Part shown: positions 35,388 through 48,900 of the stretch, piece by piece | How the letters are laid out: every line of letters begins with the position of its first letter | Position numbering within the stretch: position 1 is the first letter of the stretch | From: Botryllus schlosseri | Taxonomy: Eukaryota | Direction of reading: 5' to 3' | Assembly: GCA_051294905.1 (NCBI GenBank) | Contig: CM119384.1 | Location: 6,014,001 to 6,078,000 of the forward strand | DNA length: 64,000 bases | Program-made: the position numbers and the translations under genes | Notes under the pieces: generated by a model | What the model saw: only the letters and a program-made list of their open reading frames with translations | The model's database searches: none | What the model was told of the DNA's origin: nothing

Positions 35388-36347
35388 TAGGGTTACCATA
35401 TTTTGGAATCCGGAAAAGAGGACACCTTTTAAAAATCATAAAAGTTAGTTAACTGAAATTGAAGACTGCTCATTTTGAGATATTTACTGGAAATCTTGTT
35501 GTGTTGACTAAAAAAATTAATCACTTTGACTCGACTCCCCGATTACCCATTTTTACGATATTTCTGTGGCGAGAGAGAGAGAGAGATACGACATTCTTTT
35601 TCGCCTGCACCATGTCTAGATGCTTTGACGACGGAGCCTAGTCGATCTTCACCCCGCTTTTCTGCTGAGCGCCTAGCAGGATAGCTGCGGATACCAGTTT
35701 TCGAGTCTTTGGTCTGACCCATATCATCGGGTCGGGATCGAACCCACGACTTACCGATAATGAGGTTACCATACGTCCTCCTTTAGGAGGATATGTTTTT
35801 GAATATGTCCTCCGAAGACGCCTAAATGTCCTCTCTTCTGGTAATTCGTTCTCTTTTACCGCTTTTAGAGCCATAGATTCGAGTGAAAATGGGCATAAAT
35901 GATGCTAAATAGGATATTTGTGGTTCGATCGAAAGTGACGACCTTTTTTTAGTCAATCCACCAAATTTTTCAGCAAAAATAGCGAAATCGGCAGATTTCA
36001 GTTATGATCAACAAACATTTCTGATTTCGTAAAAGTGCCCTCCTTTCCCGATTCCAAAAATATGGTAACCCTACTACCGACCAAGAAGCTGGACGCAACA
36101 TTACACTATCTCGCTCACTCTTTGACTAAAAAAATATAATCACTCTGATTCGACTGCCGAATGACCCGCTCGAACGTCCGCATCACCTATTTCGCGTCAT
36201 TTATGCCGATTTTCAATTGACCCTGACCATTAGCCTAGCTGTAAAAGCTGCAAAGGAGGACATTTAGGCGTCCTTGGGGGACAGTTTCAATTTCCGGAAA
36301 AAGAATAAACTCTCCTAAATGAGGACGTATCGTAAGTGGTAACCCTA
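35388..36347. mobile_element. hAT family A element with a second family A copy (about 35761-36073) inside
   Basis: Four GGTTACCATA/TGGTAACC-type termini in nested arrangement; TSDs degenerate. Confidence 0.65.
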
Positions 36348-37331
36348 AATAATAGCAACTTACCGTGATAACGAAAATCATCGAACGTTTGGCTTGGCTA
36401 TTAGGAAATCCGCCTGATCAGCCTTAATGGCATTTGTCGCGACTCGAAGAAAAAACTCTGCATCAAAGTGCTCAGCATTTCATGAAGGATATATAGGGTT
36501 GCTCGATCAACACACAATTAAGTATACCATTTCATCATGTGATATCATATCATGTCGTAAACTCAAATGATGCAATGATTCTTAATGTTGACGCCACCAC
36601 CCGTGAAATATATCGACAATATATGTTTTGTGTCTGTGATATATGTTTCCACGAGTGCGGTGATCATAATAATTATTGTAAATGTGGGATACCGTGCTCA
36701 ATGCGTGTTATTTCATATCGCAAAGCTTCCCGTAAGACAGTTTCATCACACGAGATAATATTTCGAACTTGGTATTATGATCTTGCAGCACACGGCGTCC
36801 AAGTCTGGGAAAGGGGCCTTTTACCACTTTGAGTGTGAGAGTCTATCTCAATTCTCACACTTAGAAGATTCCTAGCCAAATGATATTCGAATAGCCCCCA
36901 TTGACTATCAAAACCTGGAAGCTTCTGCATCCTGATGGAGTGGGGATAGGCTACAGCAGTGCTCTTCAACTTCATTTGAGGTCTTCAAACATGACTATTT
37001 TTCTCAAATCGTTCTGGCTACTTGATAAAATTGTTAGGTGACCTAACTTAAGCCTACACATCAAATTTGGTTCAATTGCAACTAGTTGCCGCCTTGCTAC
37101 GGGAGAGGAAAGTTTCTATTTACTATAAAAAAATAAATAACGAAAAATTTGAAATTTTTCTGTTCACGCCATGAAAGTATTAGGTTTTCTATAAAAACTA
37201 TGTTCTTCAAATTTGGTTCAATTCCGACCAGTAGAAGCGGAGTTATTGCCGTGAAAAAATTGGATTTGAATAAAATAGTATTTGGTCACTGAGTATATTC
37301 GCAGCCAGTTAGGCAGTCCGCCACGCAAATT

Positions 37332-37772
37332 TAGGCTTACCATATTTTGGAAATCTAAAAAGAGGACACTTTTTCAGAAATTTGAGACTTGCAAAACCGG
37401 GGAAGAATTCTAAAAAACCGGTGAATTTTTCCCACTTGGTGATCGGTTGACTAAAAACAAAGTCGTCTCTCCGCTCAGAGCTGAAAATACCGTTTTTCTC
37501 TCCGCATTGCTAGGTGGATGACTAAAAAAAAGGTCAACTTTTCATTAAGAGCTAAAATCACAGTTTTTCACTCCGAAATACTCGCCGGAGCGTCACTTCT
37601 GTGCTGATTTACGGCATATCACTCGCAATTTGCTCTAAATCTGACCTGAATTTTCAAAAAAGAGGATAAAATCTCAAAAAAAAAGACGACAAAAGGGCGT
37701 CCTCCGAGGACACTTTCAAAAAAGTCAAAAAAGAGGACAAATCCTCTTAAAAGAGGACGTATGGTAACCGTA
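37332..37772. mobile_element. hAT family A MITE (441 bp)
   Basis: TAGGCTTACCATA/TATGGTAACCGTA; perfect TSD CGCAAATT. Confidence 0.9.
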
Positions 37773-38095
37773 CGCAAATTGGAATTTATTTCGTGTCAGA
37801 GCAAAAACAGCATGATATAACGAACGATAATTCACCTAAATGTAACAGTATTAGGGGGAGAGTAGGTAAAGCTACTGCTGCAGAAGCGGTAATTCAGATC
37901 AGCGATGATAGCATGCGCACCAGCCTACTGCGCATCAGGCCTCCCACACACCACACACAGTCGATAGTAGCACATACATGGGCTGCAAGAGATGTCAGTA
38001 ACCTCAGATCGTATGCCGCTATACACAGTTTATTGTCGCTAATTTACATCACTTATAACAAAATACTAAATTGCAAATGTATGGCGAAAGATTGG

Positions 38096-38460
38096 ACATC
38101 ATCATCATCATCATCATTGGTTTATTAGCAATTTTATCAGTTCAATACACCACAAAAAATGCGATACAATGAAAAGACAGGAAGATGTCGAAGCAACAAG
38201 GAGTAGTCTATGGAATCTGACACCCACCTTGGCCTAGGCGATGTGAAGAGGAGGCATGCACACTGAATGAAAGTAAAGAAGATAGTATAGAAAAAGAAAG
38301 CGACAATAAATAGGACGGCATGTCATGGGAAGCGAGATCGATAGGTCAGTCGTGGTCCGGTAATCTTGAGGATGGACTGTATTTATTTAGTAGTAATTGC
38401 TTGTATTTCGACTTCAATGTGGACATGCTCGTCGACTGTCGGATGGCCGGCGGGATACAT
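38096..38460 (-). mobile_element. Diverged L2-type LINE 3' end with (GAT)n tail
   Basis: Translates PPAIRQSTSMSTLKSKYKQLLLNKY; 3' UTR similar to the other copies; AATAAACC followed by (GAT)n. Confidence 0.75.
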
Positions 38461-38771
38461 ACAATCGGCATTTTAAAACAAAAGGGTTTCGATTTCAATA
38501 TGGAAGCTGTTTCGACCTTGGCTGGCTACGTCACTTCATTTATGTGCATTGCGGTATTTATTAGCGTCGCGTAGGAAGCACAGATTCAAAAAGTCTGAGC
38601 TATCGCGGCGGTTTCCTCAAAAATCACTAAAATACAAATGACTAGCTGAACACATGTTTGTTAACTGCATACTTTACAACACCAAACGGAACCATTGGTC
38701 TATTGCCGACGGCTAAATGAATAGAAGAAATATTTGCTTATGACATCACAAGCAAGCGGTGTACAGTATTA

Positions 38772-40949
38772 CCATAGTGTCCTATATGGTGTCGACACAA
38801 GCAAATCGCACGGTTCAATGAAATTGTATCACGTCACAGTTTCCATTTGGCTACAGGCAATTTGACGGTGATTTTTGACCGGCTTGCCGAGCATTAAATT
38901 TGATGAATCGGGTATCAATCGAAAGCTGACTCTGCATTGATTACGAAAATATAAATTTTATTCCGCTCGCGGCCTTGGAACCCCCACAATCAGCCCCCAA
39001 TTATTCATTGTCGAGTAGATTGGCAGTGTGACGCAACAAAGCTGTCTGGCGAAACGTGAGACTAGCTCAAGAGCAAGGATGCGGCCGAGCGGCGAGAGTG
39101 GGATCAGCTGACGTGAAGGCAATAGCGATGTGCAAACGCGCCACAGAGAAAGGCTGCGCTGTTGATACTTTTTCTATGCGTTTCGGTACAACCGAGCACA
39201 CACCAGCCTTTCCTTGACTTGTAAGGGTAGAACTGGGTCCACAGAATGTATTAGGGCCCTACCAATTTTCGCGCAATATCCTTCAGCTGATAAAGATATG
39301 TAGGCTACGTCTAAGTAGTCTACATTGGATATGTCAGATTATTATGATATCGATTGCCTTAGCCCGCTTGTTGCGTAGGGCTGTTGATACTTTTTCTATG
39401 CGCTTCGCTAAAAGCGAGCACAAACCAGCCTTTCCTTGGCTTGTAATGGTAGAACTGGGTCCACAGAATGTATTTTGCGGTCCCTACCAATTTTCGCGCA
39501 ATCCTTCAGCTGTTAGAGATATTTCTAGTAAGAAAAATATACTTTCAAGTAATAAGATTCACTCAAGACAGCAAATTTAGATAATGTAAATATATCATAT
39601 TGTAGTTATTATTGCTACTGATGAGAGTTAGTCGAAAAGCTTTTAGCGAATAAATTAACAATATGAAGTTATTGTTTCGCGTCATATTGTAGTAATACAA
39701 CTACAGTGTTGAGTTTTCACTCTAGTCCCCATAAGCACCACGTCGGTGACCTTGCCAAATTCCGAGAAGGCGAAAAAGTGCAAACTCTGTTGGGCCGAAT
39801 GGACAATGGAAATTCAGTTATTCACAGATGCGAAAAAAAATACTGCAAATCCGTTTTAAGTAAGTTACATTAGGAATATATATACAGGCTACAGGATGAA
39901 TATAATTCAAATATCTGCGATACCACTGTATTACTTTTGACGCAAAAGGTCCCCGGCATTCAAAAACGCTATTTGGTGATTGAAAAATGCTAAACCAAAT
40001 TCCAACGTCAACGTTTATAGTGATATCAGATATATTCCAGTGAAAAACAAAGGTATGAATTTGGTGGTAACATTTTGGAATCATTTGGCAGGTATGGCCC
40101 GCAAGCTTTCTAGTAACGGATTGAATCGCGACAGCGATACCAGTTTAATTCGACACTCCTGCTGTTAAACTTTATTCAACAATCAACATTTTACCTGCTG
40201 CATTCGCGGACCAAGTCCTACCCATACGGATCAAATAAAAGCTTGTAATGTATGCTCATGGTCAATGATCCTTGCTCACACTTAACCATAAAAGCGACTA
40301 TAGAAAGTATCGACACCCGCCATCAACAGCGCGACGTGTCTCTGGAGCCCTACGCAACAAGCGGGCTAAGGCAATCGATATCATAATAATCTGACATATC
40401 CAATGTAGACTACTTAGATGTAGCCTACATATCTTTATCAGCTGAAGGATATTGCGCGAAAATTGGTAGGGTCCTAATACATTCTGTGGACCCAGTTCTA
40501 CCCTTACAAGTCAAGGAAAGGCTGGTGTGTGCTCGCGAAACGCATAGAAAAAGTATCAACAGCGCAGCGTTTCTCTGTGGCGTGTTTGCACATCGCTATT
40601 GCCGTCACGTCAGCTGATCCCACTCTCGCCGCTCGGCCGCATCCTTGCTCTTGAGCTAGTCTCACGTTTCGCCAGACAGCTTTGTTGCGTCACACTGCCA
40701 ATCTAATCGACAATGAATAATTGGGGGCTGATTGTGGGGGTTCCAGGGCCGCGAGCGGAATAAAATTTATATTTTCGTAATCAATGCAGAGTCAGCTTTC
40801 GATTGATACCCGATTCATCAAATTTAATGCTCGGCAAGCCGGTCAAAAATCACCGTCAAATTGCCTGTAGCCAAATGGAAACTGTGACGTGATACAATTT
40901 CATTGAACCGTGCGATTTGCTTGTGTCGACACCATATAGGACACTATGG
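38772..40949. mobile_element. Foldback-type element with about 610-bp near-perfect inverted arms; superfamily unassigned
   Basis: 38772-39382 is the reverse complement of about 40346-40949 (CCATAGTGTCCTATATGGTGTCGACAC...). Flanks share TA (and TATTA). The arms contain a ~220-bp tandem unit starting GCTGTTGATACTTTTTCTATGCG. No credible ORF in the spacer. Confidence 0.85.
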
Positions 40950-41132
40950 TATTACACTTGAGATAACATTGTACCATATTGCTCGTTAACCTGTGCGTCA
41001 ACCTGTCTGTACTGACCTATAAACCTGCATTTGTGATAGCTAGCCATCGGCTCATTGTTACTCGGATCTGGTACACCCCTGTACACCCCATCTGAGCGGT
41101 ACACCCTTTGCAAATTCTGGTACACCCTAGGG

Positions 41133-42344
41133 CAGTGGTTCTCAACCTTTTTGTCTTCGCGGACCCCTTTTGAACCGTCACGGACCCCGCGGACCCCCTC
41201 AAGTTTTAGTTCAAATTTAGCCCAATTCTCTTGCCACCGGCATCCGTCATTTGCATATATCAACTATAGGCTTGTGATAAACAGCGACATAATGACCGTT
41301 CCTGACAATAAAATCATACTATATGTACAAATTAGCTGGAATTTTATTATTCCGAAGTGTATTCTGCAGCTGCATTTCTTAAATTATGTGGTCGTGTCTT
41401 GAAAATTCACGCATTTCGATGTGATATGAACAAGTGCCGAAAATCCATTTCCAAAATGGTAAAGGTGGAGGCGAATGTAACATTGCCACCTGACTCTTCC
41501 GACGACACCTTCGTGTGTCACCGAAACATATTATTTGACACCCAAATTGAGATATAGATTTCAATGAAGTTATCACGTCCAGACTAGTGGTTTCTGTCTG
41601 CAGTTCATCTTCAAGATATTTTGGTATATATAGTGGTTATATGTGTAAAATACCTGAGTTAATCACACACGATTCAGCAACTGCTGGAGAGACTTTATCA
41701 AGTGTCCTACCGCCGAAGCGGCTGGATACAAAAGAGCAAGTCATGAAACCACGACGCAATTATTATACAACTGATATAAGGGGCAGTATTATAGAGCAGG
41801 ACTGCCACATATGTAGGCTATAACATAGGAGAAAATGGATTCCATGATGTGGATTTAACCCCTTTTTAGGAAAAAATAATTTTCACCAAACCTAAACAAA
41901 ACATCTCTGAACTACAATATGCTTGTATAAGTAGGACAATGCTATTGGTAATAAAAGTTAGTTTGCCTGGTCGGATAATTCATATCATATAGTGTCATTC
42001 TATTGATGTGAGTCCTGAAGCCTTGGTAGTTTTGAAGCGAAACTGTCTCGTCATTGCCCTAATTTTAAAAAAGTTACAAAAATTGGTAATAAGTCATTTT
42101 GCAAATTTAGAGGTCTCGCGGACCCCCGATTAAGAGCCACTAGCGTGGATATTTCATTTCAGACGACAATTCTGTTTATGTAAGTCCTGAAGGTTTAGCA
42201 GTTACGAAGCCAATCTGCCTTATGAACTTCGTATCTTAAAAAATTAGGTAATCAATCATGTTGCAAACTCAGAGGCTTCGCGGACCCCCTGAAAATGCTT
42301 CACGGACCCCCAGGGGTCCGCGGACCCCCGGTTGAGAACCACTG
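41133..42344. mobile_element. hAT-Charlie (MER5-like termini) non-autonomous element, 1212 bp
   Basis: Perfect 15-bp TIR CAGTGGTTCTCAACC; perfect TSD CCCTAGGG; CGGACCCC subterminal repeats. Confidence 0.95.
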
Positions 42345-42966
42345 CCCTAGGGTGTACGACCACCCCGGTTGAAGAGCACTGGGCTACAGTATTGTTGTAT
42401 CACAGGAGGCAGACATCTTCAACAAGCCAGAATTCGATCGCATCACACGATGCAAAGGAAACGTAACTGTTCACGATTCAAGCAAAATAAAGTGACGTTA
42501 TCGATCGTTTCCTATCAACAAGAATTATTTCGCGCATGATTTCAACATTCTGAAACTGAAGCATATTTTGACCCCCTAAAACTTGAAGGCACCATACTTG
42601 ATCGCGCAGGGAAATACTCCAAAGCAGATATGTAGGCCAATTTAGATCGAGTTATGGGACACCCTATCCAGTAAATACACCAACACAACAAAACTGACCG
42701 ACCTGAGTCCAAAGCAATACTATATAAAGGAGATAAACCAAAAAACGATGCTTCGCATTTTATGATTAATTTCGTTGCACATACATATATAATAATAATT
42801 CGCATATGAAAATATGTATTTACAGTTATGCATAGGAAATTAATCAATGGAATTATATATTCGTTCGCTCTTCGGTTAGCAATTCAGCATCTTAAATTCT
42901 GTAATAGAGCATGAGAGCCTGGGTAGTGGGTATAGTGCGCGCGATATGATTCAAGGCATCATGATA

Positions 42967-45900
42967 TCAATCTTCCAATCCCAATTCCTTGCTATAGTCT
43001 TCTCTCATCTTGAATTTTTGAATCTTGAAGAAAACATGGGACATGATGGAAACGCGAATATAGGGCAATTCAATATTCACGTACCTTTCTTGTGACCGTG
43101 AGTGGGAATTCGGTCACAAATTTGATATGTTGAGGGATCTTGAAATGAGTCAGCTAAAATAACAAAATAATACAATTGGGGTTGGATACATTATACACGT
43201 GCCTGTCACGACACTACAACCCCGTTTTTTCAGTCTCACTTCCCGGTCTTGAAATATAATAACCATGTTTGTGCCGCGTTCGCATTCGAAGTAGTTAGAA
43301 TCGGTCCAGCGACAAGGTATAACATGAGTAAGGTCTACCGATTTACCGCAGACCTTACTCCAAACCTATCGTAGCAGTGGTTCTTTATTGGGAGTTAGAG
43401 CAGCAATATGTTAAGGGTTCGAAGTGTTGTAAATTTATCTGGGCTACACATCGCCATTCGATCCGAGTAAGTGTCGTTTTGCAAATTCCTAGAACCAATG
43501 TGAGCCGTGCTAAAAAGGAATCATAATAAAGAGCGTCCTCTTGCTGGTGTAAAATGCTGACCAAGGCCATCGAAATAACAAAGCAGCAATAACCAGGAGT
43601 CGTCGAACATTTGATATGTAGGCTATTCGCCCGATGATTGAAGCTGAATCACATCTATTTCGTCGTCGTATGGAGGCGTCCCACGGAGACATCTCAAGGC
43701 ATTTTAATATATTTACAAATGAGATGATGATATTATATTCGATTGATCAAGTCTAAACCAGCAAAAAATGTCGTTTCTCTGAAACGAAATATGATTTTTA
43801 CAAGAGAGCTATAGGCTCCTCACGTCTATACACAAATACATAATCAATAAATTAACAAAAACATACTTCTTTCGCTAAAAAAAGTTAACTAAAATCTGAA
43901 GAGACGAATGAGGAATTACTGGACACAAAATCCAAGTCTCGTGAGATCATACACCAGGGCCCATCTCCTATAACATTCAATACAAAGGCGAGCTAGCAGC
44001 GGCAACGTGAAGGGGACAGATTTACATATCTTCGATAGGGGAAGCGAGTGGCGCAGTTGGTTAAACACTGCAGTCACGACACCGATGGACGTGGATTCGA
44101 ATCACGGTTCTGACCCACTTCTACGTGTCGGAGGTTTCTCTGGGCTCCTCATCGCCGCCTCACTGCAACGCCAGTGCATTGAAAAGCCCAGACTGAAAGT
44201 GAGCCGTGCTACAAGTCGGCAGCAACGACCTCGATGGGAACGCTTGGGAGCGGAAGAGAATGAAGAATGACTGCGAGAGAGATTGAAAGACGTTCCCAAG
44301 ATTACTAAAAAGCAAAGACCTCTGAACATTATGAAATTCGTGTCGTGGAGCACAAGGCCTAAAAGGCGATAAGCTCCACTGTGTTGTACCCATTAATACA
44401 TACATACATACATACATATCTTCGATATTACAAGCGACTTATCTTTTTACATAACGATGTGATAGATCTTTCCCAATACCGAATGTGAATGCGGTGAGAA
44501 ATTGCAACGATTTCTAGATATCCCTTCCCTGGGGATGATAGCTTGGAAAGTTGAAGATCCCCAAAAGAATTCCAATATTCCGATTTAAATGCATTCGACC
44601 TACCTTTCCTTTACAAAAATCCTTTATTTCTTGCGGCGTCGCCGTGCAGTTTTCTTTAAGACTAATCCAGGCCGCCACTTCTTCTCCCAATCTTTTATCG
44701 GGGACACCGAATACCTTGACAGAAATTCCAAAGTAATATCCTGGTAACGGATTGTGATAGAGAACCTAGAGCGGTAATCCACCAAACGTAATTTGACCGG
44801 TTTGGGTAGGCTATACTTGATGGGTCGAGTTTTAGTTGTAAGGGTAGGTTGCGTGTTCTAGTGTTGGAGATTTATCTAGGCTCCTCCCCGCCATCTCATC
44901 CGTGTAAGCGGTGTCTTACAAGCGTAGAAGTGCGCCGGTGCTACAAGTCGGCAGCTACGGAATACAAATGAAGAGAATTGGCCTAGTGGAAATGAACATA
45001 GTAGTGGACAAACACCATAAATACTACAAAACAAAACAAACTAATGAAAGGCACGAGGAAACTGATTGAAAATATAAGCCATATAATACACCGATGACCA
45101 CATTTCATCAATTTCGATGACGACACAAGCTGCAACAGAATAGAATCCCACTGAGAAGAAAAGTGTCTTGTCAAATCGCAAGCATGCAATTTTCCGTCGG
45201 AGCGAAATCGAATCAAATCTACGCGCAGTAACCTGGACATTGTCAATCTTTTCGTGAGTATGCAGGAAATCTTCCACTTCCGCCGGATAAATGTTCTCGC
45301 CCCCTCGAATTATCATGTCCTTGGTGCGCCCGACAATCCGACCATATCCCAGTTCGTTAAGTGTCGCCAAGTCTCTGCAAGATTCAATATATAGTCGCCT
45401 TCCATGAAAAATGCGGAAAAACATTTACATACACTGATACATATTTTAACATTCCATCACCGAAATATTGGTAACACCGCTTCCATCGCAAGAACTAACA
45501 CTCGCCACTCTATTTGTGGTTGAAATCTCAGTACATTTCAGCTTGAATATGGGACTGGGAGCAATTAAATTGGTTTCTGCCCCTAATGCCTGGTAGAGGA
45601 GACACAGTTCACCACTTTCCTTTAGTGTGCCCCCTCTGCTACAACCAAGGGATATTTCAGCAATATTACTAGACTGTACATTATATAACGTATGTATGAT
45701 CACTAGGGCAAGTTTTTGTTGTAGTTAAATCCGTGGAAAGTTGCATTTATTTTTGACAAAAGTTGCATTTATTTTTTCACAAAAGTTGCACTAAACGACC
45801 ACCTTTTGCTCGGCTGACTAAAAAAGGTCAACTTTCCGGCTCAGCTCCCGAAATACCCGTAAGAACGTTACTTCAGTGCTGATTTACGGTATTTCAGTCG

Positions 45901-48900
45901 AATTTGGCCGTCGAAATACACTTTCACCAAAATCGGAAATAGTTTCAGGAAAAATCGAAAAAGTTGCAAAATGTTGCAAAAAGTTGCATGAAAAAAAATG
46001 GACAAAAGTTGCAAAAAGTTGCACTACAAGATTCCTTCAAACAGCTTAAAACAGCATTCTACATATCTTCCGAGTATTTAGGAAGCTGTCGGAAGCTGTA
46101 AAAAAAGTTGCAAAAGTTGCAAAAACTTGCCCTAATGATCACATGACCAGCTGCTTATTTGACTACACACAATCTGTAGTTTATTGGTCTGGTGAACAAT
46201 ATACTACATACCATTGTTCTTCAACCTTTTTCGGAATGGTACACAAAAGTTATACACCCCAGTGCAAGAGTAATGTTCAACATTGACTCAGATCAGCCCG
46301 AGCTGATTTAGTAATTAGTGTCATCACCCTCACCCATTTCTGATTTCTCGCCCTCACTAGTACAAAAGGTCCTCATTAGTTAGAAGTAGGCAAAGTTGCA
46401 TTGAATCCTATATAGTTACGGTATCTAATCCCTGTATACACCCCATAAAAGTGGTATTTTATGCTCTTGGAGAAACTCTGGTGCGACCTGCATGGGCTGT
46501 ACGACACTCCCTGTTGACGAGAACTGATACATACGAGTCCACTATCAAACTAAGTACGAATGGTCAAATCAATTTAAGCAAATATCGCCGATCCTGATCC
46601 GACTCCAAATCGGTCACAATCATTGCCCATCGGTGGTATGCGGCACGGAATGGAGACCATACAATTGATGTACTGTACCCCGTCTTATACCATCCCTCGG
46701 GTGTAATGGCTTCTGCCGTCTTATCCTCGGCTTCCCAGTAACCGTTCATCACACAGTAGCCTCTGATCCACATCTCTCCAGGTGTGTTGACCGGAACGAT
46801 TGATCCCGTATCATCAACAATCTTCACCTGTTATAAATATGTAAGATTTCATTAAATATATGAATATTCTATAAGCAAACTCCAATCGCTTGCCTCGGTG
46901 TATGAAGCTGGCATTCCTACTGTCGTCGTTCTGATGTCATCGGGGTCGTTCATGAAGTTCATAAAAGTGACTGGGCTGTTTTCTGTTGTTCCGTATGCAA
47001 CCTATAAATTTATAATTAGAAAATAAGACAGTTCACATTTGATCACAGATATTTTATTTGTGATACGAATAGCCAGAGACAACATTGAAAAACTCGGATC
47101 GAAGATACGCAAATAAATGACTGGCGTATATTCTACGAAGAGGCGGAAATTTCTAATCTATCCCAATGTCCATGAAACAGGACCAATATGGCACAATACA
47201 GTTGCGAGTATCTCACAAGAGTCACAACCATAAAATTAAAATCCATTCGTAGTGATATTTTACTACATGGGTGTACCTGTACGTACAATGAACAACCTGC
47301 ATCGCACAGAGACCACTTTTGCGACCCTGGAATATATACCAACTTTTAATTGTGTTCGACCCGCGAAATCAGTTCCTAATTTAGCTTAGTATAGGTCTAG
47401 GGTAAGTTTGAGTTACGCTCAAGTGGGCTGAGAAAAAAGCCAGAAAACAATAAAATACGCCTATGCAGATTTTGCAGAAAACTGTTTCTCTCAAAATTTA
47501 TTCAATTTCCTGAAAAAATTTTCGCGATTCGCGCGATTTCCCATCGATCATTCACGGTTGGCAGGTATGAAGCCGAACCTCAAACTCTTTTGATAAGTCT
47601 CGGTCTCGGTCACTTCCTGATGAGATAGTGGGACTTGAGCTACTGGAAAGCATATGTGCAGCGCTCTATATTTTTCTGGTCCACTTTTTCAAAAAGGTTG
47701 CACATTGCTGATTCACTAGATGAAATTCCTTTAGTAAAAAGTGCGTGGTTTCATTAACTGTACTGTGCAAGTCTATGTGGCGGTATCTACAAAACAACAT
47801 ATTTTCAAGTATAGTACAAGTGGAGAATACGTACTCAGGTAATTGTAGTAAAAGTGGCAGAATACGCTACTACAGACTTACGGACGTATGGCGTCCTATA
47901 CTATTTCAATAGCCATCACAGTGTGCCAACCACCTGCGACAAATCGATTATGATTAATGAAAACAGATCAAGTATTCAACGACAAGAGTACACTAAATGC
48001 GCGCAATTTTAAGTTCGACAAGGCGTCTGTCAAGTCAAGGAATTCGTAGCAATGTGGCGTCATGTCGCCCCGTGTATCGCACCAAAATAACTGAGGAGGC
48101 TTATCTGTATATACCGGAGCTGCGATACTCGACGCCGAATTACTTCCTTCTCGCTTCGATTACCGCATAAATATTACTTGTTCCTTGTTCGCGAAAGTAT
48201 GACCGTGTATTGGTATTCTTTCTAAACCCATAACGAATTGAACTGATCAGTTACCTACAACTCAAGTATCGCTTTTAAACGAACGCTACATGACAGACAG
48301 CAACAGATTCATTCCGATTGCGGGCGCGGTAAAGGTATCTACGGTTTGAGTATCCCTACTTAACACGTGACTGATTAAGGCCAGGTTATAGTGTATGATT
48401 TTTGAGAGGTGATGCTCGTACCACTGTAATTTAATGGAATCGGCAATAGCATAAAGCCTTAGCGGTGACGATTACCAGACGTCCGGCCCAATTTTAGTAT
48501 CGCATGCCGTTCAGATTGCTCGCAGGCTTAGAAATACGTAGTAGGGTTTGCAAGGAGTATATGTATATCTTCTGTATATTATTTGCAAGTGTAACGGGTA
48601 TGCGGTAGACGTAAATTCGTATTTGTACCTAATTAACTTGATTGAGCGTAGAAACGTTAACTAAAGAAAATGTTTAGTGCCAAGATTGCAACATCAGTGT
48701 CAACATTGCTTCCACGTAAGCATCGGGGAATTGCAGTTCTAGTGAATGCAGAGACAGTATTATCTCATTGCATATAACATGGCCTGCCGTACTAAAAACA
48801 GTATGCCATGCTTATAATCATTGGAAAGCAGACTTGGATGTGACATCACAAGACTTGTGATGTTATTCGATATTAATAATCCTTTGATGGACTCCATTGC

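Noticed and set aside
47337-47570. CATACCTGCCAAC-type hAT terminus at about 47555-47570
   Set aside because: Only one end is recognisable and there is no TSD, so boundaries are unsupported.
48843-48863. 10-bp hairpin ACATCACAAG-A-CTTGTGATGT upstream of the LRR gene
   Set aside because: Too short to distinguish from chance or repeat debris.
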